A DNA stretch of 64,000 bases from Eledone cirrhosa (lineage: Eukaryota): NCBI GenBank assembly GCA_964016885.1, contig OZ024750.1, positions 49,848,001 to 49,912,000 on the forward strand. Direction: 5' to 3'. The notes under the pieces are model-generated. The model did not search any database. It was not told where the DNA came from and worked only from the letters and a program-made list of their open reading frames with translations. Positions 1-13,899 of this stretch are shown here, in pieces (the first letter of the stretch is position 1; every line of letters starts with the position of its first letter). Made by a program: the position numbers and the translations under genes.

Positions 1-89
1 TGAAGTATACTAATTATTATACTACAGTTTGTCCATATCGATTTAAAATAATAAATCAACGAAGACGAACTCTATTGCCAAGAGGCCGT

Positions 90-217
90 GATGTTTAGAC
101 ACATTTAAATTTCAAAATCAAACCTGTTCCGTAGATAAGTTTAGACTTTAAGATCCAAATATGTTTCGAGTTAAATAAGTGTAGGAATATCATGTCCTGC
201 ACTCCTCAGTAAACATC
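90..217 (-). ncRNA. Type I hammerhead ribozyme (inverted copy)
   Basis: Reverse complement of the 676-803 motif, with CUGAGGA, GAAAC, GUC and the 8-bp stem I retained. Confidence 0.75.
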
Positions 218-675
218 CAGAGACAAATTGATATGCTTCACTTCTAAATAATTTAAAAGACTGCGTGACGCACATGGTTTTACAGTATCTAACTAGTCTC
301 ATCACCGTACTGCTAGAAATAACAGTCGTATATATGAGGCGGCTTGCAGCTCAAACTAGGAGCAGTTAAAATTAATAAGGTAATGAATTCTTTTACAATG
401 GAATCAGCTCGAAGGAGGAAAATATCCCCTGAGCAGTGTATGAATTAATATGTCTTTTAAATTATTTAGAAGTGAAGCATATCAATTTGTCTCTGGATGT
501 TTACTGAGGAGTGCAGGACATGATATAACTGCTCCTAGGCTGAGCTGAACGTTGCCTCATATATACGACTGTTATTTCTAGCAGTACGGTTATGAGACTA
601 GCTAGAAACTGTAAACCATGTGCGTTACACAGTCTTTTAAATTATTTAGAAGTGAAGCATATCAATTTGTCCCTG

Positions 676-803
676 GATGTTTACTGAGGAGTGCAGGACA
701 TGATATTCCTACACTTATTTAACTCGAAACATATTTGGATCTTAAAGTTTAAACTTATCTACGGAACAGGTTTGATTATGAAATTTAAATGTGTCTAAAC
801 ATC
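676..803 (+). ncRNA. Type I hammerhead ribozyme with long stem III insert
   Basis: Stem I gatgttta (676-683)/taaacatc (796-803); CUGAGGA 684-690; GAAA 726-729; stem III acatattt/aaatgtgt; GUC 793-795. Confidence 0.8.
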
Positions 804-943
804 ACGGCCTCTTGGCAATACAGTTCGTCTTCGTTGATGTATTATTTTAAATCGATATGGACAAACTGTAGTATAATAATTAGTATACTTCAATCTGGCT
901 AAATTTTTCTTTTGCAATATATATACAGATGTGTTGGTATCTG

Positions 944-1378
944 TTTTTATGTTAAAAAAGTGGCTCCAGCGCTACTTGGTGTTTGCAAAAATTCTTGTGG
1001 TCAAAACAATTTTGATTGGTCGGTAGAGGTCATGTGAATAAAAAATTGATTTTGCGCCAAGACTGGGAAATGACACTTTCACAACAAATATGTGTGTGTG
1101 TGTGTGTGTGTAGTAGTAGTCGTAAGGTGTTCGATGTTGTGATAATGGTTAGCAGGGATGTGTGTCAAATGGCTATTAAGATAAGTGTGTGTGGGTGTGT
1201 GTGTGTGTGTGTGTATGTGTGTGTGTGTGTGTGTGTGTGTATAGCAGAGTACTTCGTGGTAGCAGGGATGGTCAGTAGGAATGTGTCTGAAAAACATATT
1301 TTGACATGCTAAAATACCCCCACTGCTTACAGACACATTCCTACTGACCATCCCTGCTACCACGAATTACTCTGCTAT

Positions 1379-1416
<38 letters not shown>

Positions 1417-2000
1417 ATCTTAATAGCCATTTGACACAATCCCTGCTAACCATTATCAAAACATCGAACACCTTACTACTACTACTACTACACACACACA
1501 CGCATATTTGTTGTGAAAGAGTCATTTCTCAGTATTGGCGCAAAATCAATTTTTTATTCACATGACCTCTACCGACCAATCAAAATTGTTTTGACCACAA
1601 GAATTTTTGCAAACACCAAGTAGCGCTGGAGCCACTTTTTTAACATAAAAATAGTCTTGGCGCAAAATCAATTTTTTACATTCACATGACCTCTACCGAC
1701 CAATCAAACTTGTTTTGACCACAAGGATTTTTGCAACACCAAAGTAGCGCTGGAGCCACTTTTTTAACATAAGAACTGGTAGAATTCCCAAAACTAATGA
1801 GATCAGAGCAAACAACACGGACACTCTATCTCAAAATTATTTTTGAAAAGCATTTAGAAATGCGCAACCGGTAAAACTTAAAAACTTAAAACCACAACTG
1901 AATACTAACCCATACAATCACTAATGGTCTTTTATTCCTAATTGAACCATTTTTCAACTGTGAACAATTTGTCAGCATTTTCTATTCCGTTTACCAATAT
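944..2000. mobile_element. Fold-back repeat (arms about 944-1310 and 1330-1650) with internal tandem duplication and 3' tail; same family as 25875-26357
   Basis: Visible inverted arms with (GT)n/(AC)n inserts; 1500-1996 is near-identical to 25880-26357; ends in TA repeat. Confidence 0.8.
1840..1876 (+). ncRNA. Variant minimal HHR-like motif (U3-A8 core, GCAA instead of GAAA)
   Basis: ttt-TTGAAAA-gcattt ag aaatgc-GCAA-ccgg-TA-aaa; palindromic stem III accggt; conserved in the copy at 26206. Confidence 0.45.
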
Positions 2001-2032
2001 ATAATAACTTGTGTGTTACACCTCTATTCTTT

Positions 2033-2113
<81 letters not shown>

Positions 2114-2117
<4 letters not shown>

Positions 2118-2340
2118 GCGTGAGGCTTGTGGTTAGTGTTTTTCTGCTCATAATCGTAAAGTTGCGATTTCGGTTCCCTGCGTATTCCTGTCAAAAGTAT
2201 GTTCTACCTGTTATTCTGAGGGCCATCTTTGTCACATTATGTGTGATGCTGAATAATTTTTAAATACGATAAGGATACACGTGTCTGTGAAATGCTCTTC
2301 GGGCTGTCCTGTTCATTGAATAAAATTGTATTAAATAGTT
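2114..2340 (+). mobile_element. Degenerate tRNA-derived SINE
   Basis: A-box-like ggcttgtggttag and B-box-like ttcggttccc head after (GT)n; tail motif tacacgtgtctgtg recurs near 9235. Confidence 0.45.
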
Positions 2341-3000
2341 ATAGGGGTGCAAATGACTGCTCTTAATTAACTAATCATTTAAACGAAGAGGATATGTGTG
2401 TGTATGTGTGTGAATGTGTATATGTGTGTGTGTGTGGGGGGGGGGGTGTCTTTAAGTAACAAGGCATTGATAAGTCCGATATTATACAAGTTGACACGTG
2501 ACTAATGTGCCATTTAGTGAGACTTCTGAACCCAGTAGCACACCACTGCAAAGAGGATTCCCAAACAACACAGCCATGTTTGTACCTACACATTCCTGCT
2601 TACACATTGTGATATTTATTTCATTTTTTGTTTGCGAAATGTTTCACGAAGCTGATCCTATATTCCTATACATAATATTGATGCGGGTATGTTTCTTACA
2701 TGAAATATATAAAACGAACCACAATTGGATGAAAGGGAATGGATCGCTGTAAATTTATGAATTGCTCAAGTAAGGAAATATGTTCAAATATGTTCAGGAA
2801 TGAATTAAGTGACCATGAGCAAACACATATTGGTGCTGACTCCTACATATGAGCATACATATATATATGTATATATATGTGTGTGTGGTGTGTGTATGTG
2901 CGTGCGTCCATATTTGTGTCCGTTTTATATCTATCTATATATATGTATATATATATATGTATATATATATATGTATATATATATATGTATATATATATAT

Positions 3001-3122
3001 CCCTTCTGAATTTGTTTAGCAAGATTATTTACCTGAAAACGTATGTTGAAACCGATATTTTATACTCTGGGAGGGTGCGTGCGTTTCTTATTGGCAACAT
3101 GACCCTCCCAAAGTATAACAAT
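3001..3122. mobile_element. Rearranged PLE pLTR tail fragment (family of 12025-13120 and 52370-52915)
   Basis: Shares tctgaatttgtttagcaagatt and ttattggcaacatgaccctcccaaagtataacaa with those loci; flanked by (TA)n. Confidence 0.75.
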
Positions 3123-3433
3123 ATATATATATATATCATCGCCGCTATATATATGTATATATATATATATACAAAATTAAATTAAGGTTTGCATGTCTGA
3201 GATACATGCGCCAGAATATGTGATTTACTGGTTAATTGGTGAAATATATTTTTTATTTAAAGAAATATATACAAAGGAGATTAATCATTTTAAAAGGTAT
3301 TTATATTTGAAGTTCTAGTTAAACTTTAATTAGTTACCTACCTAGCTATGTGTGCTTACACACTTTACAAATTATTCCCTGAGATTGTTTCATGTGTTTA
3401 TTTTATATATATATGTGTCAATCTATTTCTAGA

Positions 3434-3482
<49 letters not shown>

Positions 3483-3517
3483 GGTTTTACAAATCCATAT
3501 TAAATAAATATTTCATA

Positions 3518-3585
3518 TTATTCTGTCTGATGAATGAAACAGACATGACTATCTGTCTTCAAGAAACCACTGGTAAATGGAATAA
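3518..3585 (+). ncRNA. Degenerate type I HHR
   Basis: ttattctgt-CUGAUGA (3527-3533); stem II tgaa-acaga/tctgt-c-ttca; GAAAC-cactg-GUA; stem I partner atggaataa offset by one nt. Confidence 0.55.
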
Positions 3586-3641
3586 TTATCTTATGTTGTT
3601 TTTTACATAAATAAATATATATATATATATATATACACACA

Positions 3642-3675
<34 letters not shown>

Positions 3676-4535
3676 GCTTGTATATTTATATGTGTATATG
3701 ACATCCATGTGTATGTTAGGATGGGGCTGGGTGTTTGTATTTATGTGTGATTCGTGATAAACATACAAACAATACTGAAATTGGCTTGGCATCCTTGCCG
3801 AGTCAAATTACAAACTTATATTCTTTCTGCGTGATTATTCAGTGGGTGTCGTAAAAGATCGTAATGTCATCTCTCATAGAAAAAAAACAATTTTATTCCA
3901 TGTTTAGAATTATTCCATTTATATATATATTTATTTCTTCCTTGAGATGATATTTAAGTGCTTCTTATTTTTACCTGAAATTTCTTGTTTGAGTATATTT
4001 TGCATTCCTGTTTATGCTGTTGATTTTCCAATTTTCTTCTTTTTTTTCATAAAAAAAATATTTCTTTTCCTACCAAACATTTGCACGGCAGATAGATTTT
4101 TCCTGTCATGTTTTCTTTCTGTTTATTATATTCAGTTTTACTGCATGTATACTCTTTTTTAACGATGGTTTTACTTCATATTGTTTATCTATGCGATGAA
4201 CTACTTAATATTTTATATTTTATGTATGAATGTTTTGCTTTTGAATTCGTTTCTTTGCAGGCACGCAGTTATTAATCTTTTCTTTCAGTTGGAATAGACA
4301 TTATATTTACTTATTTTTCACCACTGCATAAAACGAGTAAATAGAGGCAGTTTCTGAATACCCGGCGTTTATTTCCGTTATGTTCAATGATGAGAAGTCG
4401 ATACAACACATATCTGTCTACGGCTCTACTATATTGTAGATACATTACCACCAGATGAAATACTTTCTTCATATATTTCTCTCAGAATATCGAACTCCTC
4501 ACATAATGTTTCCTACTTATAATCGATGAGTTTAA

Positions 4536-4757
4536 CCCTTTAGCACTCACATTACTCTATATATACTATTATATTTTCATGATAACTGCTTTATCTCACA
4601 TAATTATCTCACATAATATCGTATCTATGAGATTTTGAAATAATTTATTTTGAGAACAATACCAGTTAACATCAGTTTGAGTGACCAGTTACAGCCAGAT
4701 TCAACAGAAAAAGGTAGAGAATTCTGGACGGTTTTGGCCGGTTTGAACATTAAAGGC
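4536..4757. mobile_element. piggyBac-like MITE
   Basis: TTAA at 4532-4535 and 4758-4761 flanking imperfect TIRs ccctttagcactca/tgaacattaaaggc. Confidence 0.65.
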
Positions 4758-5021
4758 TTAAATACATTTGATTATATGACATCAGAGATTTGATGTATAA
4801 ATGTATATATCGATATCTTTGTAGCTGTATCTTAGGTTTTAATTTCTCATTGAATGGTTGGAGCACCCCAGTGATATCCGGCTTGCTCTGGGAATCTATA
4901 CCTGAGGGAGACCATCTCTCTCCTGGCCGAAACAAAGCTGATTTCTTCCAGAGAAGGTCAAATTGAGAGAGGGAGGGGGACAATGACTGATAGAGAGAGA
5001 GAACGAGCGGAGAGAGAGAAT

Positions 5022-5081
<60 letters not shown>

Positions 5082-5329
5082 AAACATACAAAGGACGAAA
5101 ATTGAACTGTGTAAACTATTAATTAGCTGGTAAACTATTAATTAGCTTCGGAATGAGGAAAAACTACCTTCATGTCAGCGAAGTTTGAAATAAAGTGCTG
5201 GAGAGCTAAACAAGAAGCAGTCTGTTCAAGATTCTTACGACTCTGCCAATTCTACCGTCTTCTTGATATACTACCTGTTGTAAACTGAAAAAGGAAGGAG
5301 CAATTGCAATATCAGTGGAACGTCGAACA

Positions 5330-5510
5330 CCATGCTTCGCAGAGTTATGGCCTTTTACGCTCTGAGTTCAAATTCCGCCTTTTATCCTTAGGGGTTCGAT
5401 AAAATGAGATACAAGTAACATTTTGGGGTCAATTTAATAATCTTTCTCTTCCCTCCCCACCCCCACCAAACAAAAATATAATGGCATTGTGCTTTAATCA
5501 GAAACTATTA
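5330..5510 (+). mobile_element. Degenerate SINE (family of 34343)
   Basis: ctctgagttcaaattccgcc-ttttatccttaggggttcgataaaat core similar to the copies at 25570, 34343 and 63660. Confidence 0.6.
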
Positions 5511-5630
5511 CAAGTTGAAACAAATCTTCAACCAAAATACATGATTGTTCAAAGCGTGTTATATTATAACGTCTTCAGCCCCTTTACTGGAATCTGTTTA
5601 GATTAGCTATAAATGGTTTCCTATGTTTAA

Positions 5631-5631
<1 letters not shown>

Positions 5632-5661
<30 letters not shown>

Positions 5662-7135
5662 CTTCTTCTTCTTCTTCTTCTTCACCCACATATTTCTGAG
5701 AGGGTCGTGGGGTCAGAGACTTCAAAAACTCCTTCCAACGGGTCCTGTCAGAAGCAACCGGCTCCAACTGATCCCGCTTGATTCCCAAGCGTGACCAGCC
5801 GAGCTCATGGATGTTATTCAACTATCTTGCTCGGGTTCGAGCTCTCGGTCTCATACCGGTTGGTTTCGCCCGTAAAATCTGTCCAGTGATTTTTTTTTAG
5901 GACATTCTAAACACATGTCCATAATATCGGAGCTGTAATCTTTCAATTCTGAGAATTCATTCGTCTACCTTGAGTGATTCTCTGATCTCTGAGTTACGCA
6001 CTATATCGAGTAACGTTACTCCAGATATCCTTCGTAGTAACCGCATTTCGAGCGCTGCTATTCTTTTGGACATTACCCAAGTTTCATATCCATAGATAAG
6101 GCTGTTACACCTACCTCCATTCTTCTGATTATTGAGTGCTGAAGCTGGCACATTACTGCACCAGCTCATGCAATTCTTGCAAATAATTCAGCACCCTGCT
6201 TTTAATCACTCGTGAACACGAACCCAAGATAATTGAACTTCTATACCTGCTTCAGTGGGACTCCATTTACATGTAGAGTGCACTGAGTAGGCTTACTTGA
6301 GAGGATGCATATCTCAGTTTTCGCGGTACTGGTTTTCATTCCACCTTTGAAGTAATCAGCAAGAAATGTATCCCCTTCTGTCGAGTATCACCATGTAGTC
6401 TGCAACTCCGCGTGACTGGTGTTACACTCGCTAATCATGATACCACTTCCAATCCGGCTACGCATGTCAATCCTGTTCATGTAAATAATGAACAGGAGAG
6501 GTGACATTACGCACATTTAGTTTCGATTTAACATCATTTATCTGAACACAAATACTCGAGCATTAGTATAGAGAGATCAGGGCTGCAAAGAGTTGGCGAT
6601 CGATCACATACACACAGAGAACATTTCACAGCACGAATCGTGGAACGCTGTCATATGCCTTCTCCAGGCTGGCAAAACAAGAATATACATCCTGGCAATG
6701 CTCACACGAATTCTCAAAGACTGCCGCAGTGTGAATATTTGGTCGGTTGTGCTGCAAAAACCACACTGTCCTGCAACTAGCTTTCAATCGACAATCTCTT
6801 TGCCAGACACTTAACATAGACGTTACAGGGGAGATATAACAGGGTGATCCCACTGACATTGGAACAATCTTTCTTGTCTCCGTTTTTGAAAATTTGGATT
6901 ATCACATCCGATTGCTTAGGTGTCTTTCCAGAGATCCAGGCCACTCGGCACACACGAATAAGTCAGAGAAGACCTTCTCTATTTAAGGCTTATAACATCT
7001 CGGTCCGGATTTCATGTTCCCCAGCGGCCATGAAACATTTGAGCTCTTTAGCTGCTCTTGTGACCTCAGCCTCTGAAAGACTAGCCACGGCTGACAGATG
7101 CACCTCGTATTCATCAGATGTACCTCTCTGAAAAG
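5632..7135 (-). mobile_element. 5'-truncated RTE-clade LINE with (GAA)n tail
   Basis: Peptide remnants CFASLEKAYDSVPR, LIYGYETWVM..EMRLLRRISGVTLLDIVRNSEIRESLKV, ASDRTRWK; (TTC)n on the + strand at 5632-5683. Confidence 0.85.
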
Positions 7136-8559
7136 AGGAGAATCCCAGACGTGTTCTGGATAACAGGTGCGGAGGGTGGGTTCTTATTACAAAGTCAGCG
7201 GATGATCTGCCAGAACACTTTACCTGCTGATCTGATTTTGGATTCCAGTTCATGTTAAATTATTTCTCAATGCCTATAGCCTACAGTTTTCCTTTTATGG
7301 TGGAATTAGAAATTGGATATCACATTGATATGAGTCACGCTATGGTATATTTAAAAGTTATAGTCGAATAAAATTTTGCCAATACGTGGGTTATAACAAT
7401 GTAGAGGTATCTAAGGTATTTAAGAACAATCATTTTATTACATTGAGTATTCACTATACTTCCGTAGGATTTACTCGGGTTTATTTAACTAAATCATCAT
7501 TACATCAGTCCTAAAATTGCATAGGTATATTGAGCAGATATATATATACCTATGCTTGTACAGCAATGGTTGATGAAAGTATTTTTTGCTGGACGTCCAT
7601 CCTGTGTACATACATGTAATCGGATATCACTATCTGTAGTATATGTCCACGTCGGGGTGTATCACTAGGGAATTCTTGCTTAAGACTAAAGCTATATCCT
7701 GCAATGCGCAGGCATCACCTTATAAGTACATCACTGAGAGATTTTAAATGACGCACAAGAAATATTAGTTCTTTATTAGTTAGCATTTGTCAAAGGCGTG
7801 CCATCCGTGACAGACGCATCGGTTGGAATATACTCATAGTTTAAATCAGTACTGCTTTATCAATGTATTTTCTTAAAGAAGGTATTGTACATTTAGTCGT
7901 AGATTCTACATACTGACTCACATTTAAATATGATTTCCATCGTTGCAAGGAAATAACCATGTAAATTAAATGCCAAACGATAATTATTAATTACAATTAT
8001 ATAAATGAATACTTGAGATTAAAAATTATTAAGTTGGCAATAATTGAGGAACTTCTAATTATTATTCTTGAATCTTTGATTCAATTATTAACAATTAAAG
8101 CATCTCAACATTTATATTTGTTCACATTTATATATATTTCCAGCTCATTTATATTTGTTCACATTTGTAAATATTTCCAGTAAATCTAGAAATTTAAACG
8201 TTTTTAACATTGAAATATGTGGCTGAATGTCAATCTGTTAATTCCTCTGTAAAACCTGTATTGCATATACACTGTGTGCGAGAATATGTTTTTGATATAA
8301 AGGGGGAGTTTTTTAAATGGTCATTCACAGTTTCAGTCAACCAAGCAGTGCACACAGCACGACTAAATCACAGTCACGCTTCATTAGGCCCCGAGCTTGA
8401 TTTCACTGCATGTCATCCTGGGTAAATATCAGTTACTATAACCTCGGAATAACGGAAGCATTACGAAGTAAGGTAAATTGGGTAAACTAAAATTGATTAA
8501 AAGCTTGTTGGGCGGACTATACCTGTTATTGAAAGCGCCCTCTCTTGTCACACACAAAG

Positions 8560-8790
8560 GCGGGGTTATTCATCCCACGAACAATGTCAAGGATTGACCA
8601 CCCGCTTCCTCTTCCAACCGGTCGCCATTGAGCGCTCAGGCGTACTTAGACCCCGCACTGTTGAGGCCATCCGCAAGATCGGAACGTGGGTGGCCTGTCT
8701 GAGGAAGAACACCCTACATATACGCACATCCGAGGTTGGTGTTTCTGGCCATTGTCCGCGGAATTTCTTTTGCTGTTTTTTTCGTGGGAC
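8560..8790 (+). mobile_element. CRE-type LINE 3' fragment (RLE C-terminus)
   Basis: FLFQPVAIERSGVLRPRTVEAIRKIG and LAIVRGN parallel the CRE fragment at 54590. Confidence 0.6.
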
Positions 8791-9499
8791 ATTACCACCG
8801 TGCCCTAGGCCCAGAGCCGAATCACCCTCCCCATTATTATGTGACACTGTAGCCCTTGCTATTCACGTCATTTTCCTTTTGTTTTTAATATTTTCTTATT
8901 TTACATTCCATTCTTCTCGATCTAAACTTTCTTTTTCTTTTTCTATTAAATTGTATTTACAAGTACAAATTAGTAATAAACATTTCTAGATTACATGTCA
9001 ATTGTATTCTTGGATGTGGAATTCCAAGTCAATTGCACATTGATTTCAGTGGTTGAACAACTGGAACATTCATAGTTACATTCGCCGGAGATCCAATCCA
9101 TATATGATTGTGTGAATACTGTCTCTTGTACTGTCTCTTGATGCTAATACGTATTTTCATATTATGACCGAGATAGTTAGAAGTTCGTCGGATGGACTGT
9201 GACATGGTGAATGACCTTCAGATATACGTTGTGTACACGTGTGTGTGGAATACTCAGCTACTTAGACGCTAATATTTAGAGCGAGCTGATCCATTGATCG
9301 AAATACTGGTACAGAGATCGTCGAAAACCGTCCAATACAGCTGCAGCATTTAACATATACATAGACACATTCCATCACTATCAGCAAACTAAGTAAATAT
9401 TAACATTTTAGCAACCATGTGCGTATTACGTATGTAAAGGACGAAGATATGGATAGCTGATTGCCTTTGCACAACAACTTGCACACACATTATATATAT

Positions 9500-9583
<84 letters not shown>

Positions 9584-9589
9584 TATATA

Positions 9590-9921
9590 TGGTATCCAAT
9601 GATGTTGACTTGTTCTTCTTTTTGGTAAATATCATCTTGGTTAAGAGAGTGGGAGTGGCTTTGTGCAGTGTCTTTGCTCACTATAAAAGCTTCACGGTGC
9701 AGGCATTGCTTTATATTTATATCTGGAGATCTCACTGCACTTGTCGTCATATGGTACCATGGGTCCAGCACTATGTGTCAATAATTGTCACAAATGTAGT
9801 GTTTGTACCAGAGTTTTCGAGTCGCTGGCTGGACTAAAAAGTCACTCGTTCAGCGCATCGGTAGGGGTTCTCCTACATGGATATAAATTAGTGGCCGTAC
9901 TCGAAAACGAGTTGGCAGCCA

Positions 9922-9923
<2 letters not shown>
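9590..9923 (+). mobile_element. RTE-derived short element, 3' part with C2H2-finger remnant
   Basis: Close copy of 13158-13470 in the opposite orientation; CSVCTRVFESLAGLKSH; hairpin ctcgaaaacgag then (TA)n; inverted copy of the 3' end at 10061-10122. Confidence 0.7.
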
Positions 9924-9965
<42 letters not shown>

Positions 9966-10018
9966 TATATATGTATCATATATATGTATATCATATATAT
10001 CTATCATATATATGTAAA

Positions 10019-10063
<45 letters not shown>

Positions 10064-10121
10064 TGGCTGCCAACTCGTTTTCGTGTACGGTCACTAATTT
10101 ATATCCATGTAGGAGAACCCC

Positions 10122-10170
<49 letters not shown>

Positions 10171-10267
10171 GTATATATATATATGCATATATATGGCGGG
10201 GTGGATTTGCACAGATAATTATTTATATATCAAATTATCAAATATATATTCACACATACACACACAC

Positions 10268-10328
<61 letters not shown>

Positions 10329-11319
10329 GTAAGCGACAGTGGGAAAGAATGCGAGAGTCAGGGAGCAAGAGGGACACAAAGAACGTTGGAACGCTTAAAT
10401 ATTCATTATGTTCCTCACTTGTTGCTTTATGTAGTAAACATCGTTCACGCAATAAACTTAAGCCTGAATAAAATTAGATTCTAATGCCTGCGTGTAGTCA
10501 GCCGGAAAGCTATCGATTACAACCTTTACAATCTACGCTATAAACAACAGTGTTTCTCATATATAAGTAGGGTATTAGACAGGATGCTGTGTGTACATAG
10601 TTGATCCTGAATTGCTCGAAAATTGATTTGTTTCGTTTCAGGATATAAGGCGTTTAAAATTAATATAGAAATGAGATAATGTCCTAACTGACTAAAACAT
10701 TGACTTAGCATCGCTTCTGGTATTATCAATGCATTTGTATTAACGTATGAAAGTCATAGGTATTGCCATAATATACAACGTTTATATTTAGATTCACTAA
10801 TTCTGTATCAACTATGCTGTCCGAAAATGTTTGCTCGGACTTCTAGGACAAACTTAGAAATAATTCCCTCAAATGCTGGGCGAATCGTAGTAATATTTAA
10901 ACATTTGAGTCCACATCAATCTCCAGGTCTGAATGACAACAGCAATAACAACACCAACGACGACAACAACGACGACGAAGACGACAACGGCTTTCACTCT
11001 TGAAAGATGGCGGATCCTTCGATTTTATGGAAATTCATGATTCATGCAGATGTCCTCAGAAATATGACACGCCCTTTATATCATATATATATGCATATAT
11101 ACATACATATATATATATATACGGTATATATATATATAAAATTGCAAGGCTAAAGAACTATTAGATAAAATATATACAGTATTTACTCACACAGACAGCA
11201 TAAATTAACGACATAAAAAATCATTTAAACGAGGCTATGAGTTTAAAATGTAATTATGAAGAAATAATAGACAAATTATACAGACTACCTTCGGCGATGT
11301 ACAGTTACATGACATTTAT

Positions 11320-12024
<705 letters not shown>

Positions 12025-12029
<5 letters not shown>

Positions 12030-13113
12030 CGTTTCTGAATTTGTTTAGCAAGATTCTTTATCTGAAATCGTGTGTTGAAACCGATATTGTTATACTTTGG
12101 GCGGGTCATGTTGCCAATAAGAATCACACGCACCAGTTGCTTTCACTTCAATTTATTATAATAAATTCATAATAAATTTATAAATTTATAAATTTCTGTT
12201 ACATGTTACTGGCTGGTTGTTTGTTCTATGTGTGTGTGTGTTTTTATTTTGTCCTTAATTGTAAGTTGTGATGTTGCTGTTCCACTCATATTTTCTATTT
12301 AATTTTGGTTGTAATTATTTTATGTTTATTGCCTCTGTAATTTGTCTAAACATTGCGTCTTTTCTGTGTAGATTCTATTTTTATTTCTATGTTCTCTAAT
12401 TTACCCTTGTGTTCTATTTTAGCATGTTGGTAGAGTACAGATGATTCTTTACTATCTTGAAGGTCTCGCCAGTGTTCATTTATCCGTTCCCCTACACTAT
12501 GAGCTGTCTCATCTATGTACACTATATTTTTGTCTCTACATTGTCCTTCGGTACATCTTATGCTATACACTACATTTCTAGTTTTACAGTTAATATGGGG
12601 GCTTATTTTACAGGTTATACATTTCTTATCGATACATGAGGGTCTTTAAAAGGGTATGTCTTGTTAATGAGTGTTTTTACGGAGGTACCTGGTCTTTCTA
12701 CTATCTTAATATTGAATTTATGTTTATTTAGGGTTTATGTTTATTTAGTTTATGTTTATTTACCAGTAACATGTAAATAAACAAATAAATAAATGAACAT
12801 AAACACACACAGACACCCGGATGTGGCGCATGCGCAGACTGAGCACACAAAACACACACAGAAACAAAATGTCGTAGGACAGAAGAAAGGAGAGGCACAG
12901 AAACAAAGAAAGGAATCCGCAGTCACTGAAGAGGTCACAGAGTGTGTGACGAAAGAACTATGACAATATATAAACAACTATCTGGTTGTGGAACCAACCA
13001 ACCAACCAGAAATTTATAAATTTATAAATTTATTATAAATTTATTATAATAAATTGAAGTGAAAGCATCTGGTGCGTGTGTTTCTTATTGGCAACATGAC
13101 CCTCCAAAAGTAT

Positions 13114-13120
<7 letters not shown>
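12025..13120 (-). mobile_element. 5'-truncated PLE: GIY-YIG remnant (about 12300-12690), 3' tail and inverted pLTR
   Basis: YSIRCTEGQC..IVYIDETAHSVGERINEH..SVLYQHAKIEH; 12085-12235 is inverted at 12760-12810 and 13005-13120. Confidence 0.85.
12922..12964 (+). ncRNA. Minimal type I HHR with one extra nt before stem II
   Basis: gtca-CUGAAGA-g-gtcaca gagtg tgtgac-GAAAG-aa-CUA-tgac. Confidence 0.7.
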
Positions 13121-13157
<37 letters not shown>

Positions 13158-13160
<3 letters not shown>

Positions 13161-13748
13161 ATGGCTGCCAACTCGTTCAGCGCATCGGTAGGAGAGCCCC
13201 TACTAATGCGCTGAACGAGTGTGACTTTTTAGTCCAGCCAGCGACTTGAAAACTTTGGTAGAAACACTACACTTGTGACAATTATTGACACATAGTGCTG
13301 GGCCCATGGTACCATGTGACGAAAAGTGCAGAGAGATCTCCAGATATAAAGCAATGCCTGTGCTGTGAAGCTTTTGTAGTGAGCAAAGGCACTGCAAAAA
13401 GTCAGTCCCGCTCTCTTAATCAAGATGATATTTACCAAAAAGAAGAACAAGTCAACATCATTGGATACCATCAGGGTTGCAGGTGTTATAACAGAGTTTT
13501 CATTCTCCTAGAATTCTGCCTTGACAAAGGCTAAGGGGTCATCACTCCCGGTGATTTTGGATGGCCATTGACTCTTAAGAGCTCCTTTGCCCTTTGACAG
13601 GTTTTGGTTTTATTCCTGCAGGATGTCCAAAGTCACCCTCCTCACCAAGAAACCTTGGTGGGGTTGCCAGTTTAGTCGCCAACGACCCGACCATGGGTCA
13701 GGTTGTACTGGGATACATGTTACCAGTAGCACGAACTGGTGACCTGAC
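13158..13748 (-). mobile_element. Non-autonomous RTE-derived element of about 590 bp (structured 5' leader plus zinc-finger 3' end)
   Basis: GC-richer hairpin-rich head, CHKCSVSTKVFKSLAGLKSHTRSAH*, (TA)n on both sides; second copy at 9590. Confidence 0.6.
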
Positions 13749-13899
13749 ATAGATATACATACATGTATGGCATATACATACATATACATGCATACATACA
13801 TATATATACATACATACATATATGGCGATGTACACAAATATAAATATACACACATACATACATATATGGCGACGTACACAAATATATGAACGGTTACAC

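Larger units (their letters stand above)
1..916. mobile_element. Fold-back PLE pLTR-like element (about 370-bp inverted arms, 1-368 and 527-892) ending in (TA)n
   Basis: 1-368 is the near-exact reverse complement of 527-892; the spacer holds a partial duplicate (452-526); each arm contains an HHR. Confidence 0.85.

Noticed and set aside
1795-1845. ctaatga..stem..aaaa resembling an HHR
   Set aside because: Both G5 and G12 equivalents are A, and the second copy reads ctaatca; the adjacent motif at 1840 fits better
5545-5590. Minus-strand CUGAAGA followed by a hairpin
   Set aside because: No GAAA, stem III or stem I partner
7140-7400. Frame with GGWVL reminiscent of a fibrinogen-type domain
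   Set aside because: In-frame stops, no further motifs and no clear splice sites
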